27,608 nucleotides of DNA from Gammaproteobacteria bacterium (GCA_019090565.1 JAHRVS010000089.1:1-27608), one strand, 5' to 3'. Shown: positions 9,701 through 18,199, numbered from the stretch's first letter. Numbers and translations: made by a program. The notes: generated from the sequence alone by a model not told the origin.

Positions 9701-12140
9701 TTTCCAAGACCCTATTCGGCAAGCTGGTAATATCATCGAATTGAAGTAAAAAATTATTTATCGGAAGAATTCGCTGGGAAAGCACCCCGTCTTTGACCTC
9801 AAACACCGTCCGTAATCCACTGTGGCGATGCACCAGCGCTTGGAAACTTAAACGCAGTGCTTCGACATCCAAATCACCCTGTAAGCGGTATGCAGCACTG
9901 AGGTTATAGGCTGACTTCAGGTGTTTAAATTGGTGCATCAGCCAGTGGCGTTTTTGAGCCGCCGATGCGGGGAAATAGATGTCGCTTTTGCTATGAGAAT
10001 CCAGCCAGGGCTCTATTTCACTAAGCGTCATGGTTTGTTGTTCAACCAACACTTCACTTAACTGGTTAATCGTGGGGTACTCCCAAAGTAAATCAGGAGG
10101 CAGACTGCAACCAAGTAAATGGCTCAACTCGCCACTTGTACGCATCACTAGCAATGAATCTACACCAAGACTGGCAAGGTTCTTAGCCGGATCGATCATC
10201 ACCTCAGGCAACTCAAGCTGGTCCGCAAACCATTGCGTTAACCACTCTTTAATTTTTTGAGTTTCTTTGTCTCCCGTTTTCACTGACTTTGGTGCCGCAA
10301 CGCTCACCCTTGAAGACGCCTTGGTTTTGGCCGAACCGCCGGAGCGTACAGCAGGGTTTAGACGAGAATAAAGGGGTTCAAGGCTGCTCCCAACCCAAGC
10401 AGAAATTGTTTCAATGCGTCCTTGTAAAAACTGCTCACTACACAAGCCTCTCTGAAGCTTCCCGCTGGAGGTTTTAGGTATGCGCCCTGGTTTTACAAAC
10501 ACAACACTCTCAACCCGCAGCTCAAATTGTTCTGCCACCGCCTGGCAAATTGTTTGCCGCAAGGTCTCGGCATTGAAAGAGCGCAAATGCCTTCGCTCGA
10601 CCTCGCACACCAATACGAGGTGCTCGTCACCTTCGTACTCAACATTAAATGCCGCAATGCAGTTTTGGATCAACGCCTCACAAACACTTGCAACACATTG
10701 CTCAAGGTCAGCGGGATAATAATTCCGGCCGCGTATAATGAGGAGCTCTTTGATGCGCCCCGTAATATAAAGCTGGTTTTCGACATAAAAACCCAAGTCG
10801 CCAGTGCGCAAATAGCCCCGTTCATCTTGCGAGGAATCCCCTCCCGGCGCAGAAGCGATAATCTTCGCCCGAAATGTGGCATCGCTTAGCTCTGGGCGCT
10901 GCCAATAGCCCGCTCCCACACTGGGGCTACTCAGCCAGATTTCACCCACTTCATGGGCTTTCGCTGCTTCACACGTTTCTGGGTTGACGATGCGTAGCGC
11001 ATCATCAAGCCAAGTATGCCCACAAGCCACAATGTGTTTACCGTCATCTTGATTCACCACTTCCTCATCAACACGGTGACCTTGCAGGGCCTCCTGCGAG
11101 ACCTCCTTGGTAAGAACCGCCCCACCATCACCACTGCTAACACCTACCGTGGCTTCAGCAAGACCATAACAGGGCTGAAAGGCTTCATGCTTAAAGCCAT
11201 AGGGCGAAAAAGTTCTACTGAATGCCTCTAGGGTGGAGGCTTTTATAGGCTCAGCACCATTAAATGCCACACGCCACGTAGACAGATCTAAGCCTTCGTA
11301 CAATTCGGGTTTAAAGGTTTTTACACACAAGTCATAAGCGAAATTTGGCCCCCCACTGATCGCAGCCTTGTTGTCAGAAATAGCCCAAAGCCAACGCTGT
11401 GGACGACGAATAAAGGTTGCCGGGGCCATCAAGCAGCCTTCTTCACCTCGATACAAGGCCTGTACCGCTGTACCAAGCCCCATATCATGAAACAAAGGCA
11501 ACCAACTGACATACCCACCAGAGACATTGTTCGTCACCCCAACCCTTATCATTTCTTGGTTATACAATAGGTTGCCGTGACTAAGCATGACTCCTTTCGG
11601 GTCACCGGTTGAGCCAGAGGTATACTGTAAAAAAGCTAGGGAATCTGTGGTGATTTGGAGCGGCACCCAATCTTCCGCCATTGAGGTGGGTAATTCATCT
11701 GTAGCAATAAAAGTCAGATCAGAAAACTCGGCCATTTCCTGCAATAAAGGCTGCGCAACACGCATCACCTGGGACGAAGCCAATACATACCTGGCATCAC
11801 TGTCTCGAATAATCGCTCTGAGCCGATCTGTGTTTTGATTTTTACGGGGAGGATAGGCAGGCACCGCAACCACACCGGCATACAGGGCACCAAAAAAACC
11901 GGCTAAAAAATCGAGATTAGACGGATACAATAATAATGCCCGCTCTCCCTTGGCATTCAAGCTTTGTAACTGTGCAGCAATACATTGCGCCTGCTGATCA
12001 AGCTCCCTATAGCTCAAGGTATAGGAAGCAGCGCTGTCATCACCAAGATAGGTATAAAGGGTTTGATCGCCCCTCTTGCCCGCTTGTTCTCGCAACAAAT
12101 CCACAAGCGTGGTGACTGAATGAAGCTTATTTTTCAGCAC
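6699..12140 (-). CDS. Lipo-initiating NRPS: fatty acyl-AMP ligase (FAAL)-ACP-C-A(Thr)-PCP
   Basis: FAAL motifs AFLQYTSGSTGDPKG, WLPLFHDMGL, NGAEPI, PCYGLAEAT, YLRTGDLGF, IIRGRNYYP and IPKTSSGKLQR. ACP motif GVDSL (Ser ~10156), C motif HHIIADG (~9560-9579), A motif FDFSVWE…NMYGITETTVH, PCP motif GGHSL (~6890). GTG start with GAAGGG upstream. Confidence 0.97.
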   Translation of the reverse strand: MLKNKLHSVTTLVDLLREQAGKRGDQTLYTYLGDDSAASYTLSYRELDQQAQCIAAQLQSLNAKGERALLLYPSNLDFLAGFFGALYAGVVAVPAYPPRKNQNTDRLRAIIRDSDARYVLASSQVMRVAQPLLQEMAEFSDLTFIATDELPTSMAEDWVPLQITTDSLAFLQYTSGSTGDPKGVMLSHGNLLYNQEMIRVGVTNNVSGGYVSWLPLFHDMGLGTAVQALYRGEEGCLMAPATFIRRPQRWLWAISDNKAAISGGPNFAYDLCVKTFKPELYEGLDLSTWRVAFNGAEPIKASTLEAFSRTFSPYGFKHEAFQPCYGLAEATVGVSSGDGGAVLTKEVSQEALQGHRVDEEVVNQDDGKHIVACGHTWLDDALRIVNPETCEAAKAHEVGEIWLSSPSVGAGYWQRPELSDATFRAKIIASAPGGDSSQDERGYLRTGDLGFYVENQLYITGRIKELLIIRGRNYYPADLEQCVASVCEALIQNCIAAFNVEYEGDEHLVLVCEVERRHLRSFNAETLRQTICQAVAEQFELRVESVVFVKPGRIPKTSSGKLQRGLCSEQFLQGRIETISAWVGSSLEPLYSRLNPAVRSGGSAKTKASSRVSVAAPKSVKTGDKETQKIKEWLTQWFADQLELPEVMIDPAKNLASLGVDSLLVMRTSGELSHLLGCSLPPDLLWEYPTINQLSEVLVEQQTMTLSEIEPWLDSHSKSDIYFPASAAQKRHWLMHQFKHLKSAYNLSAAYRLQGDLDVEALRLSFQALVHRHSGLRTVFEVKDGVLSQRILPINNFLLQFDDITSLPNRVLEKKSALLLGEESGYQFDLSKGPLFRARLLHLAPESYVLLLNVHHIIADGWSVEFLLKELSQHYASRVAKKGIEPPAKPALQYVDYLRWREQYESPEMLEKQLEYWKTKLASSPVLELRADFPRPAEPTGAGARYHFDLPPSLERTLRELCVREEVTLYHLMLAGLSLLLSRYARQDIVSIGSPAANRPHRDLTTVAGVFVNTLVMRNNLSGNPSFDELLKRVKKTAQDAYNHQDLPFEELVSAMGAGGDLSYSPLFQVMLVVQPFSLEESLALQGLAVTPMNLELESAKFDLGFEFRQHNGALRGTLEYRTDLFAAETAELMVNHYIELLRQIVREPKAPIDTISMVAQSERHNLLRLANSENRCPSPDHTLVEVLERQAEQRAESIALRYRDEQLSYQNLNQRANQIAHSLIDQGVKPGDLVGLSIARSLDLVVAMIAIMKVGAAYVPVDPESPAKRAKMIFEDANVRALIVHSSRKENFSDMPHCLLVDALDLDAYPVSNIRYRGSVEDTAYVIYTSGTTGKPKGVIVSHRNVVRLFSETDDQFHFNEKDVWTLFHSYGFDFSVWEIWGALLYGGKLVVVPHWVKRSPSQFSKLLVDEKVTVLNQTPAAFYALSKEMVSMAVRPNLRLRYVVFGGDALETQKIRPWVDKLGLDKPQLINMYGITETTVHVTHHRVQHKDFEQLISPIGRPIPDNQLYILDDVGSLCPMGVPGEIHVGGGGVTKGYLNRDALNKERFVPNPFSNKKGEKLYRSGDLAFYNKDGLLCYLRRIDQQVKVRGYRIELGDIENCLNELSSASNDKQFSIRACAVLTAPDRSGEKQLVAYLVGTQTIDEQADQKIDKNNEREFIATVRSHVERLLPTYMIPSKYILIEELPLTLNGKLDKQKLLVINYDAAKVSVDAQAKTEMENYLVCLWGDMLGVTPIGIDDSFFELGGHSLLATQILNQIREVHEVEVPTSEIFKRPTIRQLGQYIDTVLSVKKRSDEQSANDDEDREEYEL

Positions 12141-12320
12141 TGTAAACCCTTCTTTATTCCCGCAACGTAGCGATAAGCTCGTTTATTTTTATGATTGTCT
12201 CACTGTACTAACCTTGCGCCGACCCACACCACCCTTACTTTACCGACGAATGGTGCCCGACAATTGCTTAAGATGACAAGTAAAACTCTCTTCCTAGCGG
12301 CCACTCCCCCACTATTTAGC

Positions 12321-12358
12321 GACAATTAACGTCAAATAGTGCCAAATATTGTCAAATA
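12321..12358. repeat. Four 8-mers at exact 10-bp spacing (gacaatta, gtcaaata, gccaaata, gtcaaata); probable regulator binding site
   Basis: Copies start at 12321, 12331, 12341 and 12351 in the divergent NRPS/tolC intergenic region. Confidence 0.65.
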
Positions 12359-12416
12359 CCTATATTAAGGGAGAAGAGACTACTCATAGATTCTAGTCGG
12401 AAACAATTTAAGGCGG

Positions 12417-12425
12417 TGCTACACT
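12417..12425 (+). promoter_or_regulatory. Candidate extended -10 element (TGcTACACT) for tolC
   Basis: Matches the TGn-TAnnnT / sigmaS-like CTACACT pattern about 100 nt upstream of the tolC ATG. No consensus -35 is present. Confidence 0.3.
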
Positions 12426-12523
12426 CTTAGCGTTTTTACAAATTTTATCTAAATGATCAGTTTTAAGTACTATATTTTACGTTTTACCTGACTAATGGAT
12501 TTTTTTAAAAGGTATTTATCACT

Positions 12524-13993
12524 ATGACCCGCCTGAAGCCTCCGTTCTTTGTCTTATTCGTGTTGTTTCTTCCCACCCTAAGCTATGCAGAGGGTTTAGC
12601 ACAGCTTTATAAACTTGCCCTCGACAATGACCCCCAGTGGCATGCCATAAAAGAAAACCACAAAGCCGACCAAGAGCTTAAGGTCCAATCTAAAGCGCTG
12701 CTGCGACCCGTTATTGGCATCAGCTTCAGTAAAATTCGCGCAAGTCAGGATGCACCTGATATTGGCATCGTTACCCACCCTGACTTCAATGAAGAATTGA
12801 ACAGCTGTCTAGATGCCACCGGTGACGCCTCTCAGTGCAGCAGCCCCGTTTTACAGTATGTCGCCGACGGCGGGAACCTTCTCGAACTCAACGAACAAGG
12901 CTCCACCAAACAGAGCACCACCGTCGACAACTTCAGTCTGCAACTCACCCAGCCCCTTTTTAATCTGGAACGCTGGTACCAACAGAAAAAGGCAAACATT
13001 ATAGAGTCACGGCTCAAGGCCGAATTCGAACAATCGAAGCAGCAGTTTATTCTTCGTGTCGCCGAGGCGTATTTCAAAGTCCTCAAGGCAGACGAAGAAC
13101 TGGAGTTCGCAAAAAAAGAACAAGGAGGTATCGGCAACCAACTTAATCAAGCTAAAAAGCGCTTTCAAGCAGGAATATCCGGTGTCACTGATGTACACGA
13201 AGCACAGGGTGCCTACGATGCCAGCCAGATAGGTGTCATTATTGCAGAAACCTCCTATGCCGGCGCCCTGGAAAACCTTAACACCATCACCAACGGCCAA
13301 CAAAAGGGCCTTTCTGCCCTCAGGGAAGACTTTCCCGTTACCGCACCCCAGCCTACCGGCGCCGAAAAGTGGGTAAAGTTGGCATTACGTGCCAACAAAA
13401 GCGTACTCGCTGCCTTTCACGGTGCAAAAGCAGCGAAACAAGAAGTGGTCGAAAAAACAGCCCGCCACGCCCCCACCGTGGACTTCATCGCAGCCATCAG
13501 CAATATAAAGACCGATAACGGTAAAGATGCGCCCTACGGGTCGTCAGGTAACTTACTGTCAGACACTCAGAAAAACACCATCGGCATTCAGGTGACGGTA
13601 CCCCTGTATAGCGGAGGCCTAACCCGTTCACAAGCAAGACAATCTTCCGCTAGGGCAAATGCGGCCCAATTAAAACTGACCGCTGAACAGCGCGTCACTG
13701 CGGCCAAGGCGCGCAATACCTACCGCAGCGTGCTGAATGATGTAAAGCGAGTTGGCCTAGCAAAAAAAGCCATTAGATCCTCTCAAAATGCATTACAGGC
13801 CACCCAATCGGGGTACAGAGCCGGCAGCCGCAACCTGTTTGATGTACTACAAGCCCAGCGCTCTGCTTTTTCGGCGCGCAGAGATTACACAACAGCCCGC
13901 TACGACTACATCATTAACTCATTACGCTTAAAACAGGTATCCGGTTATTTAAAAGAAGTGGATTTGGAAATTCTCGATGACTGGCTTCAGTAA
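12524..13993 (+). CDS. tolC: TolC-family outer membrane channel
   Basis: Signal peptide (…LPTLSYA-E). Family motifs LYKLALDNDP, LQLTQPLF, RVAEAYF, RFQAG..TDVHEAQ, QVTVPLYSGG and YRAGSRNLFDVLQAQ…ARYDY. It may be a paralogue rather than the housekeeping copy. Confidence 0.92.
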   Translation: MTRLKPPFFVLFVLFLPTLSYAEGLAQLYKLALDNDPQWHAIKENHKADQELKVQSKALLRPVIGISFSKIRASQDAPDIGIVTHPDFNEELNSCLDATGDASQCSSPVLQYVADGGNLLELNEQGSTKQSTTVDNFSLQLTQPLFNLERWYQQKKANIIESRLKAEFEQSKQQFILRVAEAYFKVLKADEELEFAKKEQGGIGNQLNQAKKRFQAGISGVTDVHEAQGAYDASQIGVIIAETSYAGALENLNTITNGQQKGLSALREDFPVTAPQPTGAEKWVKLALRANKSVLAAFHGAKAAKQEVVEKTARHAPTVDFIAAISNIKTDNGKDAPYGSSGNLLSDTQKNTIGIQVTVPLYSGGLTRSQARQSSARANAAQLKLTAEQRVTAAKARNTYRSVLNDVKRVGLAKKAIRSSQNALQATQSGYRAGSRNLFDVLQAQRSAFSARRDYTTARYDYIINSLRLKQVSGYLKEVDLEILDDWLQ

Positions 13994-14090
13994 GGAGACC
14001 TCCACTGCTACTAGGCAATTTCATTTACGTACAACATACATAGATTTTAACGCGCAGATAGACGGTATAAAGAAGGGGTGAGCTGCGCCC

Positions 14091-14131
14091 GAAAGAGCAC
14101 GCATTTAAAGTGCGTGCAGGGTGTTCTTTTC
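14091..14131. terminator. Hairpin between convergent tolC and DGC genes; possible bidirectional terminator
   Basis: GCACGCA-tttaaag-TGCGTGC (14097-14117), flanked by gaaagag and gtgttcttttc. Confidence 0.5.
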
Positions 14132-14169
14132 CATGAATTGGCCTTAGTATTTATGCTCGATCAAAGGCG

Positions 14170-15933
14170 CTACAAACCCCCTAAGACCACCTGGTTACGC
14201 CCCTGTTCTTTAGCCCTATAAACGGCTTTGTCAGCCCGTTCAAAGACCTGCTCAAGACTGTTGCCTTCACAAAATTCCGCAACACCAATTGAGACCGTAA
14301 TGACGACCCTTTCACCACGAAAATGAAACGGGCTTTCTTCTACCGTCTTTCGTAATTTTTCCATGGCAAGTTTTGCAGGCTCTAACTCGGTCTCAGGCAG
14401 TAATATGACAAATTCCTCGCCGCCATAGCGGCAAATAAAATCCGTACTACGCAGGCACTTTAAAAAGGTTTCACTGACCTTTTTAAGTACTTTGTCACCA
14501 GCCGTATGGCCATAGGAATCGTTAATTCGTTTGAATAAATCAAGGTCACACACTGCTATAGATAAAGGGTTTTGATATCGATGCCAACGGGAATACTCTT
14601 GCAGGCTCCGCTTATCGTAAGACAAGCGGTTCGGTAATTTAGTAAGGCTATCTCGGTAGGCTTGCTCTTTCGTTTCAACATAGCTGTCTCGAATAATGCG
14701 CGCTTCTTTTTCAAGCGACTCGATACGTGTTGTGAGGGCCTTGACGCTTTCCAGCGTGTCTTCGTCTATTGTCTTTTCTTGTTTTTTATAAGTATCGATC
14801 TCAAATATTATTTTATCGAGCTGCTCCTCAATCGACCCCTTAAGTTCACCGATATTGGCACCACTGCTTAAGCGGCGACTGATATCCTCAATATGGCTTT
14901 TTACCACATCGCCAAGGTGTTCGCTGCTGGCCTCTTTTATCTCAGTAAGCGCCTGATTTTCCACCAAGAAAGTCTGAATATCGCACAATCGCATATTCAG
15001 ACTTTGCAAAAACAACTCCGTGTCTTTTTGCAGTTGATTGGCGCTATCATTCACCAACCCCACCAGCTCGCTCAAGGTATCAGGCACCTCTGACCAATAA
15101 ATGCCTCGAGCAATTTTATTGCGAATCAAATCTTCCTCCTGCTGCCAGGAAGCAGGAATGTGCAATAAATCCAGCATGGTAAGAAAAATCCCCCCCATAC
15201 GTTCTCTTATCGCATCGCTTTCATTCGGTGTCAGAGTAACATCCGCTTCGCCTCGTCCTATTTCCTCATTGGCACTTCCCTCTTCTGTGAGGCTATTCCC
15301 TTCAAGGCGAAAACTGTCTCGGTCATCATTGTCTTGCTGCGGTACCTCAGTATGCGGCTCTACCGCTTGCTCTTGTTCTGCTGAAAACAACTTTTTGAAA
15401 AAGCCCGGAGATTCAACTTTATCCTCATCAGGAAGTGCCTTTTCAAGCGTTTCACCCTGTAAGGTGACATATTCGGCAAGGGTTACCCCCTTGAGATAGG
15501 TACTATCGAGCAAGGGTTCCAGCTTTTTTCGAAAGCTTTTAAGTTGGCTTTTCACCTTTCGAGGAGGGGAGAGAGCAATTAATTGGTTGATCAACACATC
15601 AAACTGCGTCAACAATTCGTCGCTATTTGTCGCTTTGCGTTTATCTAGCTCCAGCACGCAAGCCTCAACCTGATTGGCCACACTTTCAAGTTGCTGCGTG
15701 CTTAGCTCTTGACGCATCGAATCACGGAGCATCCCCATCGTAGCGTCTAAATCAGGGTCAATGCCATCTGCTGCCAAGCTCACCCGCACCATACAGCGCT
15801 TCAGCAAATCAACCTGATTGCCACTCCTCGCCTCAATTTGTTCTATCGCTTCAAGGCTTTCGAGGTATTTTTCTTTCCAACTCGCATCGCCTGTGCGAAC
15901 GCTTCCTTTTTCACTCATTAGTGTGCCTGACAC
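14170..15933 (-). CDS. Diguanylate cyclase with a long helical N-terminal region and C-terminal GGEEF domain
   Basis: DSLTKLPNR, DLDLFKRINDSYGHTAGDKVL, I-site RSTD, RYGGEEF, VTVSIG-like motif and KEQGRNQ. The start may be the ATG at 15918. Confidence 0.93.
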   Translation of the reverse strand: MSGTLMSEKGSVRTGDASWKEKYLESLEAIEQIEARSGNQVDLLKRCMVRVSLAADGIDPDLDATMGMLRDSMRQELSTQQLESVANQVEACVLELDKRKATNSDELLTQFDVLINQLIALSPPRKVKSQLKSFRKKLEPLLDSTYLKGVTLAEYVTLQGETLEKALPDEDKVESPGFFKKLFSAEQEQAVEPHTEVPQQDNDDRDSFRLEGNSLTEEGSANEEIGRGEADVTLTPNESDAIRERMGGIFLTMLDLLHIPASWQQEEDLIRNKIARGIYWSEVPDTLSELVGLVNDSANQLQKDTELFLQSLNMRLCDIQTFLVENQALTEIKEASSEHLGDVVKSHIEDISRRLSSGANIGELKGSIEEQLDKIIFEIDTYKKQEKTIDEDTLESVKALTTRIESLEKEARIIRDSYVETKEQAYRDSLTKLPNRLSYDKRSLQEYSRWHRYQNPLSIAVCDLDLFKRINDSYGHTAGDKVLKKVSETFLKCLRSTDFICRYGGEEFVILLPETELEPAKLAMEKLRKTVEESPFHFRGERVVITVSIGVAEFCEGNSLEQVFERADKAVYRAKEQGRNQVVLGGL

Positions 15934-16275
15934 CTATGTTTTGCTGTTTAACTACCACTTTAGTATAGGCAAATTCACAGCACTGGCGAGCAGGAAAAAC
16001 CAAAAATAAAAATCAGGCATTAGCGCTAGATTTGGGGCAACAACGCCCCTCTTTAGCCTAAGCCGCTACAAATGAAATAACAGACGGGAACGTTCTGGCA
16101 AGCAACTGCTGCGTCACTCACCCTCTTTTGAGCAGGGTAGCTCGAATAGAAAAAGCGCTTAAGGCTTTGATGGCTGGGAGGGAATTCAAGAAAAGTGCCT
16201 AGCAAGGCGCCCCATCAGCACCTTAAGTACTGAGGGACATCAATGCTAATAAAATGGCTGGGGATTTTAAATTGA

Positions 16276-16920
16276 CTAAATTGCCGGTTTATTTTTTCGC
16301 TCCAGCTCAACCAAGTAATCCACAATGCGCATCCAACGCTTGTAGTCCTTGGACATACTGCCGTTGGTAATGTACTTACCGTTCACAACAATAGTTGGAA
16401 CACCCATTAAGCGATAGGCACGGCCCATTGCATCAGCTTGACGCACGCTAGAGGAAACCCCAAACGACTCAAATGCATCATTAAATTCTTTTTTAGTGAC
16501 GCCATAGTCAGTATAAAATTTAGCCAGCTGTTTTTGGGTTTTTAAATCACGCTTGTCGCGATGTATGGAATCAAAAAGATTGGTATGGCTTTTATCCAAA
16601 ATACCCAAGTTTTTGGCCGCATAAAATGCTTTGCCGTGCGTTTCCCATGAGCGATTCATGACCCCCGGAGTGCGGACATAATTGACATCTGTTGGCTTGG
16701 TTTTAAGCCAGGTTTCTAGATACGGCTCTAGCTTGAAACAGTGAGGGCAGCCATACCAAAAAAACTCACGCACTTCGATCTTACTAGAATCGTCAATTCG
16801 CCCTGGAGTTTTAACCGCCTTATAATCGACCCCCTCCTTAAACGTCTCCGCCTGAACAGAAACAGCAAGCAAGCTCACCACAGCAATACCCATTAGATAT
16901 CGGAAAACAGTTTTTATCAT
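16276..16920 (-). CDS. dsbA: Thiol:disulfide oxidoreductase DsbA
   Basis: EFFWYGCPHC active site, GVPT cis-Pro loop and signal peptide. Start reassigned to the ATG at 16920, which has GGAGA just upstream. Confidence 0.93.
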   Translation of the reverse strand: MIKTVFRYLMGIAVVSLLAVSVQAETFKEGVDYKAVKTPGRIDDSSKIEVREFFWYGCPHCFKLEPYLETWLKTKPTDVNYVRTPGVMNRSWETHGKAFYAAKNLGILDKSHTNLFDSIHRDKRDLKTQKQLAKFYTDYGVTKKEFNDAFESFGVSSSVRQADAMGRAYRLMGVPTIVVNGKYITNGSMSKDYKRWMRIVDYLVELERKNKPAI

Positions 16921-17005
16921 TATTCTCTCCATTATTTGGTCGTCTGCCAAGCACATGGCCTAACCTACAGACATTTTCTAGGATAGCGCTACCAATTACA
17001 AATGC

Positions 17006-17038
17006 AAAAAAAAAGGTGGCTGGAAGGCCACCTTTTTT
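17006..17038 (-). terminator. Rho-independent terminator after cytochrome c4
   Basis: AAAAAAGGTGGC-tggaag-GCCACCTTTTTT perfect stem. On the minus strand it is followed by a run of 9 T. Confidence 0.85.
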
Positions 17039-17071
17039 ACTTCAATTTATCCAATGCCGAAACACATTAGG

Positions 17072-17728
17072 TTAGTTCAAGCCAGAAACAAAGTTCGAAA
17101 CGGCTTCGATATCTTTGTCGCTCATTTTGCTGGCTATATCACGCATCATGCGCACATCACCGTCATTGTCACGGCGAATGCCAGTACTGTCGTCACGGCC
17201 TGCAGCACGGAATGCCTTCAGCTGAGCTGAAATGTAACCCGACCATTGGCCTTCTAAAGATGGAAATCCTGCTGCAGCAACGCCTTTACCTGATACGCCA
17301 TGGCATGCAACACAAGCAGCAATGCCCTTCTCAAGGTCGCCACCACGGTAGAGTTTCTCTCCCTTGGCAGCCAGCTCTGCATTTACCGGAGAAACGCTGA
17401 CAGATTGTGAGGCGTAATAGGCCCCCAAATCAGCCATATCTTGTTCACTTTTGCCCAGGACCATCGGTGCCATCATCGCATTGCTACGCGCACCAGATTG
17501 AAAATCTTTGAGCTGCTTGGCGATGTATTTTTCGCCTTGGCCCGCTAACTTAGGGAACATAGGAGTGAAGCTGTTTCCGTCAGCGCCGTGACAGGCGGCA
17601 CAGGCGGCAGCCTTGGCTTGACCAGCCGTGGCATCACCACCTGCGTGGCTCGCGCCAACTAAACCCAAACTCAATAGTCCTGCCAACAAGGCTTTTTGTA
17701 CAACGTTGCCTTTCATATAGATTCTCAC
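17072..17728 (-). CDS. Di-haem cytochrome c4
   Basis: Two CxxCH motifs (CAACH, CVACH), signal peptide, PKLAGQ…YI.KQL.DF and FPSLEGQW. The start may be the ATG at 17716. Confidence 0.93.
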   Translation of the reverse strand: MRIYMKGNVVQKALLAGLLSLGLVGASHAGGDATAGQAKAAACAACHGADGNSFTPMFPKLAGQGEKYIAKQLKDFQSGARSNAMMAPMVLGKSEQDMADLGAYYASQSVSVSPVNAELAAKGEKLYRGGDLEKGIAACVACHGVSGKGVAAAGFPSLEGQWSGYISAQLKAFRAAGRDDSTGIRRDNDGDVRMMRDIASKMSDKDIEAVSNFVSGLN

Positions 17729-17744
17729 CCTGTTCCCGTTTTAC

Positions 17745-18044
17745 TTATTTGGACATGAAATTGATCAGTGCTTTGTAGTCATCATCGCTACAATCCATGC
17801 ACAAGCCACCAGGAGGCATTGCATTTTTACCGTTCTTTACGCTGGCAAGCATTGTGGCCATACCCTGTGCTGTACGAGGGGCCCATGCTGCCTTGTCACC
17901 CATTTTAGGCGCACCAGCGGCACCCGTCCCGTGACAAGCGAAGCAAGTTTGCTTGTATTTTGTATCAACATCGAGCGCGCTCGCATTAAGGCTTAAACCA
18001 GTTGTGGTAGCCGCCAACACTAGAGCTAGTAAGGTCTTTTTCAT
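17745..18044 (-). CDS. Mono-haem cytochrome c5-type protein
   Basis: CFACH, GAAGAP..GD..AW.PR, MPPGGLCMDC (second Cys pair typical of c5) and signal peptide. Confidence 0.92.
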   Translation of the reverse strand: MKKTLLALVLAATTTGLSLNASALDVDTKYKQTCFACHGTGAAGAPKMGDKAAWAPRTAQGMATMLASVKNGKNAMPPGGLCMDCSDDDYKALINFMSK

Positions 18045-18199
18045 GTTCTTCCCCTATTAATTCAGTAGGCTTGCTAACGCTCGAGACCGCCTTACGTTAC
18101 AATGCCCTAAGTACCTATGTATAAGTATCTCTCATCCCAACTGAATGTTAGCTTAATAATTCAGCCTCACCAGTACTACGGGATCAAAAACTCAGCGGG

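Noticed and set aside
177-11838. Many 60-170 aa ORFs antisense or out of frame within the NRPS genes, and similar ones in tolC, DGC, polA, thrB and znu genes
   Set aside because: Shadow ORFs with no recognisable motifs, fully nested in well-supported genes.
100-12140. Siderophore cluster (PvdL- or marinobactin-like FAAL start)
   Set aside because: No Orn/Asp/Dab/DHB-type codes, no hydroxylase or monooxygenase, no TonB receptor and no convincing Fur box in the window.
12187-12205. Fur box upstream of the NRPS
   Set aside because: Only about 10 of 19 positions match the consensus, which is expected in AT-rich DNA.
12321-12358. CRISPR array or iteron origin
   Set aside because: The units are 8 bp with 2-bp spacers, too short for either, and no cas or rep gene is present.
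12410-12422. RfaH ops element (aggcggtgct)
   Set aside because: It does not match GGCGGTAG and lies on the tolC strand rather than the long-operon strand.
15934-16275. sRNA, riboswitch or gene remnant between DGC and dsbA
   Set aside because: Only short hairpins are present, with no recognisable RNA family motif or credible reading frame. An Rfam scan would be needed to exclude it.
18170-18190. FNR/Anr box upstream of the cytochromes
   Set aside because: Only the ATCAA half-site is present, with no TTGAT partner at the right spacing.
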